This document shows positions 38,506 through 51,000 of a DNA stretch of 64,000 bases, one piece after another. The stretch lies in NCBI RefSeq assembly GCF_036321535.1, contig NC_087437.1, positions 90,708,001 to 90,772,000 on the forward strand, in the 5' to 3' direction. Every line of letters starts with the position of its first letter. Position 1 is the stretch's first letter. The notes beneath the pieces were generated by a model that was not told the DNA's origin, made no database searches, and was given only the letters and a program-made list of their open reading frames with translations. The position numbers were made by a program, and so were the translations under genes. The stretch is from Camelus dromedarius. Taxonomy: Eukaryota.

Positions 38506-41104
38506 AGTTTTCCTACATTGTGTGTGAATAGACGTTATTTGTGGACATATGAGTACAATAAAAATGTAAAGCCTACAGGTTCAGTTAAAACTTACTAAAT
38601 TCATAAACTGAGATCCAGAGAAGAAATGTCTTTCATAGGCTGTACAGCTAGCCAGTTTCCAAACCTAGAGTACAACTCAGGCAGCACTCCGCTATAGCTT
38701 TAATAGTTGGCAACATTAAATGATATCCTAAATTGCAAACTGAGTAGGGTAGGAACTATCTTTAATGGTAATTATGCAATAGGTACCCACTTTTTTTCTA
38801 GTGACATTTTTCCAGTTGTGATAATTTTTTAAAATAGGTTGATAACATATTTTTTATTTGTTTAATTTTCTGTTGGTGTTTACAAAACAGTTTGCTTTTT
38901 ACTGCACATAGAGGCTCCCATACAGCTTCATGGTTGGTGCTGAACAACTCTTCTCCACTCCCATCCATTATTCAAACTACCTCTCTCTACATGTTGTGGA
39001 AATACCTTTTGCCAAGACACTTAGAACTCCAAAATACTACCTTCAATGAAACATTTTTACCTTAGAGGTATGTGTTGCTGGTTTTGACACTCTTCTCTCT
39101 TCCCTTCTGTCTTTGAGTTTGACCCCCATGCTACTCTGGTCTCACTTGTAACTTTTTAACTCTGCTTATTCTAATTTCTCTGTGAGCAATTCTTTAACAA
39201 ATATTGATACTTTTCAATTTTCAGTCTGTAGAATCTTACTTTTCTTACCATATAAACACCCTATGGGTGAAGGTGATGACATCTCCTACAAGTTTTTATT
39301 TAATAACTCAGTATGTGTATGTGAGCATGTGTACATGAATATAAGCAAGAGAGGGCCAGTGAGCATGAGATACCATTTATCTACTGTATTTTCCCAACTA
39401 TCCATGATTCAAGGTATGAAACACTTAAATATGACTGTAAGAGGTCATATTTAAGTGACACCTTAGCTGAGAAGGATCCAGTCATGTGAATGTATCTGGC
39501 ATACATTTTTTTAAAGCTTTATTTCTTCATAACCATCCTTAAGTGGGACCATGGTAAAAATTCCTGCTAAGAGTACACCAGAAGATCAGATTAAAAATCT
39601 CTAGTCTGTCAGTTTTTAGACTGATCTCACTTTCCCATTTAAGACTTTGACTTGCTACAAGTTAAAGCTCAGTTTCAAACTCAACAGTATGTTCTCCTCC
39701 CTCACTGTTTCTACCTCTAGCATAGACTAGACTTACCTTGGGCTATGGAAAATTGGAGTTAAGCAGAGAAAATTATGGTCTGTCCTTTATGTACTTCCCT
39801 TTACTACTTCTTTAGATACTAGTTCCTCTTTTTTGTTAAGGCAGGAGGAGAAAAAAGGAAAGATGTCCAATATTTCCTTACTGCCTTGGAAGGATTATAG
39901 TCTTTCCTTGCTTGGATATAACTATTTCCAATCCTTATCTATAGCTCCAACACACCTTGATAGCAACGTGTTCATTGGTGTGCAGCTCCCTTAGACATTT
40001 TTACATTTTTAGGTTTGGCCTCACCTCTTAGCTGGCCTTAAGCTGATGACATTTACATTGCATTCCTCTAATGACTGTCCCTTTTTGCCCCTTTACTCAC
40101 TAAACCACACAGGCAAATGGCAAGGCTGTATCTCACAGCTGAATCTATCCTTGTAGGTCTGGTGAGCCCCTGCAGAATGCTTCTCTACATACTTAGAGGG
40201 GAGGTTCCCGGCTCCCTCCCGCGTATGTGCGCGCGCACCCCCCCCCCCCCCCCCCCGTGGCTGTCTCCGCCTTTTGCCCTTCTTCCTATTCGCCTTTCTT
40301 CTGTTCAGTTAGCACAAGAGCATATCAGTAAGTCCTCCTACTAAGCAAGCACAAACAAAGAATAAAAAGTGTTTCCCCTTCTTGAAGGCTTTACCAATTT
40401 TTGGAAAGAGCTCTCATAGATCTACTTTCCGTATCTTCAAAGTGGGAAAGGCTCACTTTCCATGAACAGGAATCTCTCCAAAATATCATAGTCATATTTG
40501 CCAATTTTCTTTCTATAGTAATTGGTAGGGATAAGTAGGGTTGACACATATCCATTCTCTAACTTCCACCCCTCAATAATTCCAACTTCTGTTGACTCTC
40601 TGAATTTAGAGTGTGAAGTACTTAAGGCAGTCTATTCTCAGCTTAAGCCACAATTATAGAACAACAGAAGAAATCATCAACGTCTTGTTATATTATGATC
40701 AGTTAAAAGATAATTCATAAGAGAGAAATTAGTAGCGGAAAAGGCCCTGAAAGTAAGGAACTCGTGGCATTTTAATAAACACTCTGACTTCATTTTTGAC
40801 ATTTAACTGCTGACAGCTTTCAAACTCAATGACTTCCCCCCTCTTCTGCCCCACACCTGACAAAGCTTATAAGAAAGACTAGGTGTTCCCCCATTGGCAA
40901 AAGCAGGAAATCCAAACCATGCAAACCCTAGTCCACTCACAGGAATCCTCGCTTCAATGATATCCTCTAATCACAATAAAAGCCAAACTAGTCTCTTTTT
41001 TTTTCTCTCCCTCAAGCTGCCGCTTTTGGACCTGTTTGGGAGATGTCTCTGCTTTCGAAAGAAAGTTTCATTATGTGAGTAAAACCTTTTCATACCCTCT
41101 TAAT

Positions 41105-41216
41105 ATTTTTGTAAGAAATCATTTTTATCAAGGTATAATTGGGACGTAACATTGTTAGTTTTAGGTGTAAAATATAATGATACGATATTTGCATACAATG
41201 CAAAATGATCACAATA
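41105..41216 (-). mobile_element. Short L1 (L1MA-like) extreme 3' end
   Basis: 'tttttatcaaggtataattgggacgtaacattgttagttttaggtgtaaaatataatgatacgatatttgcatacaatgcaaaatgatcacaata' is a typical antisense L1 terminus. Confidence 0.75.
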
Positions 41217-42995
41217 CACGCCCCCAATTATATGACCCAGAGGAAGAAAAACGTGTACCTGAAGCCGATCCAGAGAACAATCCTTACGATGGGACGTTTT
41301 GTGGAGCCCATCTAGGATGAGCCTTGCAGGAGCATCACGGGCCTAGGTGTGGCCCAGTTCCTGGTGAATACAGGCACCACTACCACTTACGAGTATGCCT
41401 ATGCAGGTGCATAAGTTCAGCGTGAGCCCCGGTTGTCAGGCTCATCCTGGAGGCCAAGTACCTGGCTGACCTGCTCAAGCTGGTGGAGGGTCTGAAGCAG
41501 CTTGCCAAGTCGGACCCCATGGTGCAGTGCATCATAGAGGAATCAAGGGAGCACATCATCCCAGGGGTCGGTGAAATGCACCCAGAGATCCTCCTGAAGG
41601 GCCTGAAGGAGGACCATGCCTGCATTCCCATCAAGAAATAGCACCCAGTTGTCTTGTACAGCATGAGACTCTCAGCGAGGAGTTCAACATGCTCTGCTTG
41701 TCCAGGTCGCCCAACAAGCACAACCGGCTGTACATAAAGGTGTGGCCCTTCCCCAACGGCCTGGCCAAAGACATCGAACAGGATGACGTGTCCACCCACT
41801 GGGAGCTCAAGCAGTGAACCCGCCACCTGGCGGAGGAGTACGAGTGGGACTCGGCTGAGGTTCGAAAGACAAGGTCCTTTGGCCTGGGCGGCAGGCACCT
41901 GCCTCCAAGTCCTCACCGAGGCTGTGCAGTACCTCAAGGAGATCAAGGACAATGTAGCGGCTGGCTTCCAGAGGGCCAGCAAGGAGAGGGCTGCTGTGTG
42001 AGGAGAACGACCTGCGTGACGTGATCACCGGCGTGACGTGCGCTTTGACGTCACGACACGACGCTGCACGCAGACGTTATCGAGCGCGGGGGCTGCTGGG
42101 TCATCGCCAGGGCGGGATGGCTGACAGTCGAGGCCTAGCTCACGGAGCCTGTTCAGCTGTGGAGAATCCCGGTATGGAAGAAGCTGTCGGTGGCGTCTAC
42201 TGTGGCCTGAACAAGAAGCAGGGCCACGTCTTTGAGGACTCCCAGGTGGCCAGAACCCTGGTGTTTGTGGTGAAGGTTCACCTGCCTGAAAACGAAGTCC
42301 TTTGGCTCCACTGCCAGTGCGAGGTTCCACTCCGGCTGGCAGCCGGGCTGTCCCCCAGTGCGTGTTTGACCAGCAGCAGATCCTGCCTGGAAACCCCTTG
42401 GATAGCCCCATCCGCCCCAGCCGAAGGCCGGAATGAAGATATCCCAGCCCTGGCCGACTTCCTGGACAAACTGTAGGTGGGACTTGGCTTAGTACAGGCT
42501 TCCAGCTGCTGTATCTACCCCAGCAACAAGCCTTCACATTCTCCTCACGTCATCTCCAGACAGTCCAGACACAGGGATGCTACGTCTGACAAGTTTCTGG
42601 AGCCCGCTCCGTGCCCGACATGAACACTTGATGCCATTTCTTTTGATACTCATTTCAAGAAATCAGAGGCAACAGAAATACCCTCGCTGCAGGTACTTAA
42701 TTTGGCCTGTGGAAGTGGGGGAGGGGATGGGATACTCAATTTGACTTTCATTTCTTAACAGGGAAACTCAGGTGCCTCCAAATTTTTAAAAATGAATGAA
42801 TTAAGAGGTTTAATTGGGTAAATGGACTATAACGGCTTTTCTCCCAAAAGGGGGAAGGAACAAAAGGGTAGACATTCTCTTTGGACAGAAACAAGGTAGG
42901 AAATCTTGTTCAGTGTTGTAATGAGCACCTCCAGCTGCATTAGTGCTATTAGAGTAATTTATTTGATATGGTAATGACTGTGAAACAAACAAAAA
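41217..42995 (+). pseudogene. EEF2: Processed, 5'-truncated pseudogene of eukaryotic translation elongation factor 2 (roughly the C-terminal 400 codons plus 3'UTR)
   Basis: Intronless. Translates in pieces to [73 protein letters not shown] and IPALADFLDKL* (stop at 42474-42476). Premature TAGs at 41313 and 41639, many frameshifts, and a decayed A tail at 42983-42995. Confidence 0.95.
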
Positions 42996-43090
42996 CCCCT
43001 CTTAATTGAGTGTAGTATGATCGGTCTTAATATCCTAACCAAAGTTTAGGAGGAGGGCCCATCCCATCTCTGTGGGGTGAATAAATTGAT

Positions 43091-43108
43091 TGGCTCTGTG
43101 AGGAGGAT
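43091..43108 (+). other. Retroviral primer-binding site, tRNA-Ser-like
   Basis: TGGCTCTGTGAGGAGGAT matches 16/18 to TGGCGCTGTGAGCAGGAT, the recalled complement of the tRNA-Ser(CGA) 3' end. It lies immediately after the LTR. Confidence 0.6.
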
Positions 43109-43800
43109 GGCCAGACAGTGACCACCACCTCAGGAAGATCTCTCTTCTAATGCTTTTGCTTGCTGACTGGTTTTGTTGCCTGCTGAGAAGCATGCACTTT
43201 TAGCTGCTGCCTGCTGGCTGGTTTGTGCTTTGGGTTATGTTGCTTTGCACTGCATTTACTGAGCTCTCAAAGTCTCTTTTATAGATCTAACTAATCTAAG
43301 TTGGAAGTTTTGCTAATTGTCATTAAAAATGTTACTATGGAATTGGGGGACTCCTTAAAATGGCTGTAGGACTGGGACTGTCTGTGTGTCTCGGGTTGAA
43401 TCATGTGTCTCGATTCTAACATAAGCCATAACTGACTATAGCTCGTAACTGAATTACCTTGTGACCATGACTGTGTGTCTCAACCTGTCACTTGCCCTCA
43501 TCCTATTGAGTGCTTAAGAGAAAGATTGACAACCTGTGCAATGTACAGGCCCATCAGGGGTTGCTCATGTGGAAGAAGATTAGTCACTATGTAGCATGCT
43601 GAGGGCTACCCTCCTAAAACAGATGAGTCGCTACAACTCTTAAAAATACCTTTGCCTGTGTTGCAAAAATACTCTTATAGTCCAGGATATAGGGGAAAAT
43701 ACCCATGGTACCCCTCCTGGAACACAGCTAAGGAGGTATAAACCTGATCTCAGTTGAGGATCCTTAATCCCAATAAAGCTGCTATTGCCATGGGAAAGTA
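43109..43800 (+). mobile_element. Degenerate ERV internal (leader) sequence
   Basis: Follows the PBS, is GC-richer than the flanks, and has no intact gag ORF. The right boundary is uncertain. Confidence 0.45.
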
Positions 43801-46049
43801 ACCTTATGCTACTGCTTTTCGACTTTCTGGAGGGAGAAACTTATAAGTATGAGCAGAACATAGAGAACTCCCTTGAAATGTATCTAGTAAACAAACAAAA
43901 ATCAGAAACAGAGGCCAATGATTTACTAAAATTGAAGTTCAAACTTTATTGGAAATCTAAAATTTACTAAAAGAATTTTGACAACAAATAAGAGTACTAA
44001 TTAAATTTTATGTCTCTGCAACATAGGTCTGAATTAACCGTAACATTTGAACAAATGCACCAATTGAACACATTTTTTTGCCCTTTATCGATCCTGAAGC
44101 CCAAATTTCACTTATTACTGGGGATACTACTAAATTTAAATAAGGTATCTGTTTACTCTTAGAGAAGGTAAAAAACATAAATAGAAGGAATAAGAAGTAC
44201 GCTTCCCCTTAACCATCAGAACTAACACTTTAATTCCCCATGGTCAGAGCACCCATTATCCTAAAATATTGTGGCGTGGGCATGGGCACTCTGAACCAAC
44301 CAGTAATAAGTTAAAATTAAATGAAGTCTTTGGCAGTCACAGTCAGAGTTATGAAATGGGACCCCATCAATCTTACTCTTCAGTTTCTCTACATTTGAAT
44401 AATTCTTCATTTGGATGAGGCTTGGGTTTGGTGAGAATATTTGAGGCAGCTAGTGGTATCTGTTGTAGATAGGAAGAAGCAGGAGGGTGAGAATTCCTAG
44501 GAATATCAGAGAAGAATGCCTTGTTTGAATTTATCTTTACAAACGGTAATTCCTGAATGAGAGGTCCTGGGCTCTTCTATCTTTTCTCTACTCTGCCCAA
44601 AGGCAGATGGTAGCATTTGAGGGAAGCATTGGATTGGATAGCATTATATTTTTGTTCACTTGTCCTGTCTGTGATCAACCTCTGTTTATTCTAACCATTT
44701 GAGATTCAGCTTGATGAATTTAAAGAGAAAAACATTTACTAAAACAAAACAACACAGTGCTGAAAACTAAGTACAAAAAAAAAATAGCTTCCAGTAGAGT
44801 AAGATTGAGGTAAGTTATCTCCTTATACAAAATAGCACATTTTCATTGAACTGGTTGTCTATTTCAAGGTTCTGGGAATTAAGATATTAAATGATCCTTC
44901 CTGAGTCACTGTTTTTTGTTTCAGTAAGTAGTAGAACAAATTTAAAAACATGCTTTTAGTTTTATAAACAATATTTCTCAAATAGAAAATCTTACTAATT
45001 TTTTTTTGTGTTCTTAATGGAACATATGGACATGGTTTGGTTGTCAGTTACTCAAAAATATTTAATTAGTGTCTACTACATTACTCTTTCAGCAAAAAAA
45101 AAAGTATGTGAGGTTAGAGAGGAAGGAATATTTAGGAAAATAAAAAACATGAGGGATGAACTATGATCTGTATTCTCAAAATACTTTTAAGCTGTCTCCC
45201 TATTTCCCCAGAGACACTGGGTATATACAAATGGTAGCTTGTGTACCTTTCTCATAGCTATCAAGTTTTAATAAAATTGATGATTTATTATGTTTTTGTC
45301 ATAAGCTTGTGAACATATTAAAAGACAGATACCATTGATTTCTCCTCTATCTTCAGTGCCAACCTTGTGTTGCTAAATGATGGAATCAGTAGATTTGATA
45401 AAATAAGTGTTTAGTTAATATGAGCCAATAGGAACTAACAGCCTATAAAATGGAAATATAGAAGTGTGTAAAAAAAAAAAGGAAATGAAAATAGTTTACA
45501 AAGATTTTTGTTAAAAACCATTAAATTTGTCTTCTCTGATAATGTATAAATATATCTAGTTCATTTTGAATTGAAGAAGCCCCAGTCCTTTCATAGGTGA
45601 GACATCACCTTTGAACTAGGCCTTGGAGGAGAGCTGGTGTTTGAGAAAAAATAAGATGACATTAGTACCCATAAGTTCAGCACAGAGGGTCATGTGGCTG
45701 GAATTTATTTAATCTGAAGATACTGAGTTCACTTTTTAAAGAATAACAATATCTTTTGAGCCTAGATATGATAACCAAAATTACTTTAAAATTTCTATTG
45801 TATGTCCTCACAAGAGTACCTTGCAATCCACAGTTTATCCTATTTTCCTTGTGTGTTGTTGTTTTTAAAATACACTGTCATTTTATCAGTTGTTTATATT
45901 GATGTGCTAAAATCAATGACAGTTACCTTTACCTCATCTCTAGATATAATTTGTTTTCAAAATCTATCAATTCTTCTCTTTCAGTAGCTGGTGCTCACTC
46001 ACTATTTCAGCATAGTGTTAACCATGGCCAGACTAAGACACTACTTGAA

Positions 46050-46220
46050 GTAGTGCTTCTCATAGCTAATTGTGCATGTAAATGATCTGCAAATCTTGGT
46101 AACATGCAGCTTTCAGTTCAGCAGTTCTGAGGGGATCCTAGAATTCTTCATTTCTAAGATACCTGCAGCTGTCTTGGTGATTCTGAGACTTGGCCACATG
46201 TTGAAAAGTAAGGGTTTAGC
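46050..46220. mobile_element. MER5A-like DNA transposon
   Basis: 'tagtgcttctcatagctaattgtgcatg...ttcagcagttctgaggggatcctagaattcttcatttctaag...ccacatgttgaaaagtaagg'. Confidence 0.65.
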
Positions 46221-47127
46221 AGTCTTACTAATACAACCCCCCACTGCCACCCATAGGTCACTCCAAGTTAAAAAAAATTAAATAAAATAAACCAATCCAT
46301 GAAGTAAGTCTAAGGGCATAGAATAAAATTTAAAAAATATATTTTCTTGGAAATTGCCAAATTCAAATTCTAATTTGTACTTGTTCTGCCTGTTGAGTAG
46401 TTTAAGTTGTTGATCACTTCATGTGTCTCTTTATAAGAGCACCTTATTTGGTATTCAGTCTCTACCTCTTCCTACAAGATTTTCCTAAAAGCTATGTGAC
46501 CAGTATTATGTAAGTGAACATGAATCAAATGCTAATTAAAAAATACAAAACTTAAAATCTTTACTTCCTTTTTGTTGCAAAGTTAATTAGACTGATAATC
46601 AAATCTCTCCATCAACTGACTTAATCTGAAGTAACTAATATCTTATTTTCTTACTTGAACATTTTCTTTCATCTAAGTTTTACTTCTGAAAAGATGTAAA
46701 ATTCGTTATGTGCTCATTTATTCACTCATTCATGTACCAGCAAAATACACTGACTCTTGGCTTTTGTTGGGTGTTATTTTAGGCTCTTGGGCTGTACTGG
46801 TATACCCAGGACAGAAACAGTTCTTATTCCCCTGGTATTCAAAGTTCAGAAGAAGAACTGAAATATTTTTAAAATTTACACAGATAAATTATTAGTTGTG
46901 ATTTTGTTTTGCAGAATTCAATGAGATTTAAATGAGTAGAAGCTACTGTAATCAAGACTAATGTATGTTTCAGTGAAGGCTTTCCTGAAGGAGACATTAA
47001 ATTAAAATTGGAACAGTGATCAGGATTTAGGCAAGTGAAAGATTAATAGAATTTATGCCACAGTCTGGAGATGAGAATGTTTTTATTCTAAGCCTTTAAT
47101 CATACTCTGTTACCAGGAGGAGGAAAT

Positions 47128-47720
47128 AAAAGTTACCTTGGTTCTTAGTCACCCCAAATAAAAGAATTTCTAATGGAAGAAAGAGAGTGTGATATAAACA
47201 GAAGATTTTATTAGTGAAGTAAAAAGGTAGTAAAATATAGTACATGCCTGAGAATTGGGGGTTGGCCAATCCAAGAGAGGAAAAATGACTCTGCTCCTTT
47301 GTTTTTCCTGTTCTTGTATCCTGGCTTAGGGGGCGTTTTCATGATTGGTTATTGATGCATTACTCTCTCTGAGTGCTCAGGCTGATTGACAGCTCATGTT
47401 CCTTGTTCTCAGGCACGCACATCTCTTTTAGGCATGTTTTTTTACCCATGATGCACACAGAGAAACCTACAGGAAGGGGCTCAAACTGTAATGTTAATTA
47501 CATTATAACGAACATTGGGTCAAGTTAAGCCAGGTCCTTCTCCTACTGCGCAGCCACAGCGTTCGATTCTAGCTGGCTTCTTTGCTGGCCTTCATTTAGA
47601 GAAAGTAAAAGTTTTTGGAACCCCTTATCCTGAGTACAGGCATACTATTTATTTTCTGGGTTGCTCCCTCCCCCTTCCTCTCCCCTTACCTGGAGCCCAT
47701 TTCTATCTAACTGCCTAAAA
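47128..47720 (-). mobile_element. ERV1-type solo LTR
   Basis: Starts 'tgttacc', has an antisense poly(A)-signal-like 'ttttatt' near 47207, and ends 'ctatctaactgcctaa'. About 590 bp and GC-richer than the flanks. Confidence 0.6.
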
Positions 47721-47809
47721 TGTCCACTTCCTGGAATGCTCTCATTCTGCTCCTCTGTGCTAATTCTTCTCATCCTCCAAGTCCCCATCACCTAAAACCT
47801 AATCATAGT

Positions 47810-48030
47810 GGGTAATATTTATTAAATGCTTATCATTTGCCAACCCCAGTGGGAAGTGTTTCCATACAGAATCTAATTTATCTCCTAACTTTATTATACA
47901 CAGTCGCTTTAGTTTTCTTTTTTCAAGAAAGTAATGTGTAGGGGATTGAGTAGATTATCCAAGATTATATGTGGCTGGGTCAGGTTGCAAATCCAGGCTA
48001 TCTGATCCAAAGGTGGTTTAACTATTAAGC
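47810..48030 (-). mobile_element. MIR SINE
   Basis: 'taatatttattaaatgcttatcatttgcca...ttatccaagattatatgtggctgg...aaatccaggctatctga'. Confidence 0.55.
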
Positions 48031-51000
48031 AATAGTGACTCTTTTAAAATAAATTTTATTCCATTAACCTCTGCTTTAACTCTTTAAAATTCAACTGAAA
48101 CTCTGAGGTTCTTAGTTTTTCAGACACTTGTTGATGTATATGGTCCCAGTGCAGTCCACAACCTGACATTAGTTTGTGTCATGTAGATATTATGAAAAGA
48201 ATACTCAGACAAGACAACTTTCCCTAGTTTAGAGCTAGGTTCACAAAAGGCATCCAGTTAATATTTTGGGGTAAATTTCAGATTAATCTGTGGTTCACTT
48301 TGCTATCCCTATTCAGAGGCACAGTTTCCCTGAGTCATTTCAGACTAAGCTGAAACACAAAGAAGGTAGCAAATATTTGTTCTAATTGTACCAAAATGCA
48401 CAGTGTTGCCCCCAAAGCCCTAGGGCACCTCCCAGTGAAGGAAAAAAGAGACTCAAGAGTGAATGGCTCTTCATTTAATAAAAATATCCAAGAGTGCACT
48501 GTTTTCTACCAAGGAAATGTAATAAGCACAGTAATCAATAGAACTTAGAATTATAAAAATCTAAATCTATTTCCAGCATGCCCAAGTATTCAATAATAAT
48601 GCCAGTTAATCTTATACCCATTCGTGAATTGGGATAATAGTATTTAGGTCCAAGCTTGCTAAAAAGTATATTTAATTTTGGCAAAATGTTCTGTGTTCTT
48701 GTTTGGGTATCAGTATCAAGGGAGAATCTATCATATATGTTAACCTTTTTTAAATAAAAGGACTCTTAAAAATTAAAAATCATATTTATAAGAGTAATAG
48801 AAGTAACTTAACCATGAGTTAATATCTAGATACTCCTGAATTGAGATTTCTCTTCCATTCTTGACATGGCTTTCAAACAAGGGAACTTAATTAATAGAAA
48901 CACATGGCCTATATTTTCCTATCTACTACCATTTGTACTCAGTGAATATAAGGAGGAAAATTCATAGTTTGTTCAAAGTCATGGTTTTCTGAACTACATT
49001 GGTGGCAATTTATATGAGGTGAGGAATAGTAAAGGGATGTTTTAACATTCCATGTCTGAAGAACTCCTCTTCTATTTAATAGAAAAGAAATTTCCTGAGT
49101 ATCAAGTCTGTTCATTGATACATAGTTATATAAAAATTGCTTTATTTTTAGTATGTGTGTTTCTGGATGATATTCTGTTCTTTTGAATTTCTTTTAGCTT
49201 TTGTATTCAAGTGTTTACTTGCTCACTTTTCCTCTTATAACTTCCAAAATGTAGATTCTTTAAGTTTAAATATCAGGGTAATAGTATTATAGTCTTATTC
49301 TGTGGAAAGACTTTAAGAAAAAATAGAAAATAGACACTGTTTAAGTTGTCAGAATTTGTGACCACATTATATAGTAAGTCACTCTGACATGTGTGTTATT
49401 TGCAAGGTACTGAGTTCATAGTGTCATAAGTTTGCAGCTCTTCCATTAAACAGCCTTGTCTGCAACTATAATATATAACAGTCTAAAGTATTGGGCACGC
49501 ATACATACCTGAATGGTTGCTATTGTCTTTATGTACTTATGCCATGAGTTAAAAGTTCTTAGGGTTATTTAGCTGACTATTTGAATCACAACTATGGCTC
49601 CCTTTATATGGTTATTGCATTATCCATTCTTTCTTAGAAAGTAACATTCACATATAGAACTTTTCTGAATTCAGCCTGCTTTAGTTAACTTTCCTTCTGT
49701 CCTCTTTGTGTTATACTCTTTCCCCTCTATCTAGAGAAACAAGGTCAAGGCATGTTCTCGGATGCCTGTTCATTAACAGCTCTGCAGGTGATGCTCCTAG
49801 AGAGGTCTGATGTGCTGTGTGATGTTCTCACACAAACTATGTTAATTTTTGATCAGTAATTATGAGTCTTAATTGTGTTTAGGTAACTGGAGGTTTGTTA
49901 AATAGGCCTCACTTTGAAATGCTAAGTTAGAGCAGTGAATCTTAAAAACAAGGAATCCCCCAACTTCTTGTGCTGTATTTTTGCATATCAATTCCTGAAG
50001 AAGAAAAACTGGTAGATTGATGAGTATTTATGCAAGACTACAAATGTGATTATGACTGTGACTCTCTAATTTTTTCTTTTACTGGCATGACTTATTTTTA
50101 TTTTTCCTTGTAAACTCAATCTTTTAAGAGTCCCAGCAATGATGGAAAGGAAGGGGAAGGAGTATATATCTTATTCAAGTGTGCTTAGTTAAGATGACAC
50201 AGAATTTGGATTCAAACCCAGGAAGTCTGGCTCCCGAAGCCCCCATCCAAGTTAGACTGCTCCGGAAACTCTAAGTCTTTTGTTTGATACAAATATAGGC
50301 CATTGTCATAGAAATAAACATACTTTTCTCTCTCTTAACTTAAATGTTTTCATTTTATTTTCAACATTTAGACTTTTTGCATCAAAGTTCTTAGTGGCTG
50401 CTTGTTACTCTTTTTACAGTATTTTTATAGTTTTTTCTTGTTTCCATCACCATTTATTTAATCTGTTTGCCTTTGCAGTCAGATTATGCACGACAAAGCA
50501 CCTCTTTCGCCTTTTCAAACACTTTCACTGCAGTCTTCCATTTCATGCTTCTTGGAAGAAGAGAAAGGAAAAGATACTGCTTTTTCTTGAAATGAAATGA
50601 TGCCTCTTTCTTTTTTTCATTTCTTCCTCACTCCATCCTGTTACCTTCCTTAGGAAGAATTACTAAGTTCATTGATTAGCAATTTTTGTTTTAGTCCCCA
50701 ATATAATTACTATTTGAAATGGTTTGAGAATAGTGACTTAATGTAGCCAAGAAAAATTCTTTAGTAGGGCTTTTCTGTAATTTCTGTAATTTCTTTGTCT
50801 TTCAATAAAGAACTGTTTCTATCTCTAAAGTTGATTTTGACTATTGACAAGTCCTAATGCCTTATTTGGTGTGTATTTTTAAAATTTAATGCAAACATCA
50901 AAGTTTCCATAGAGCATATAGTGAACAGTAAGTCACGTTCAAACTTCTTTTCCCACCCAACCAGTGATTTAAATTGTTTTCATAACAAACAGTTATATTT

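Larger units (their letters stand above)
40730..43088 (+). mobile_element. ERV (probably ERVL-class) 5' LTR, split by a 1.9-kb insertion (halves about 40730-41104 and 42997-43088)
   Basis: LTR-like text runs to 'agtaaaaccttttcataccctcttaat' and resumes at 'ccctcttaattgagtgtagtatgatcggtctt...ctctgtggggtga', directly followed by a primer-binding site. Confidence 0.7.

Noticed and set aside
41380..42537. 200-aa, 170-aa and 151-aa ORFs as novel proteins
   Set aside because: They are antisense or shifted frames of the GC-rich EEF2 pseudogene, where stop codons are scarce.
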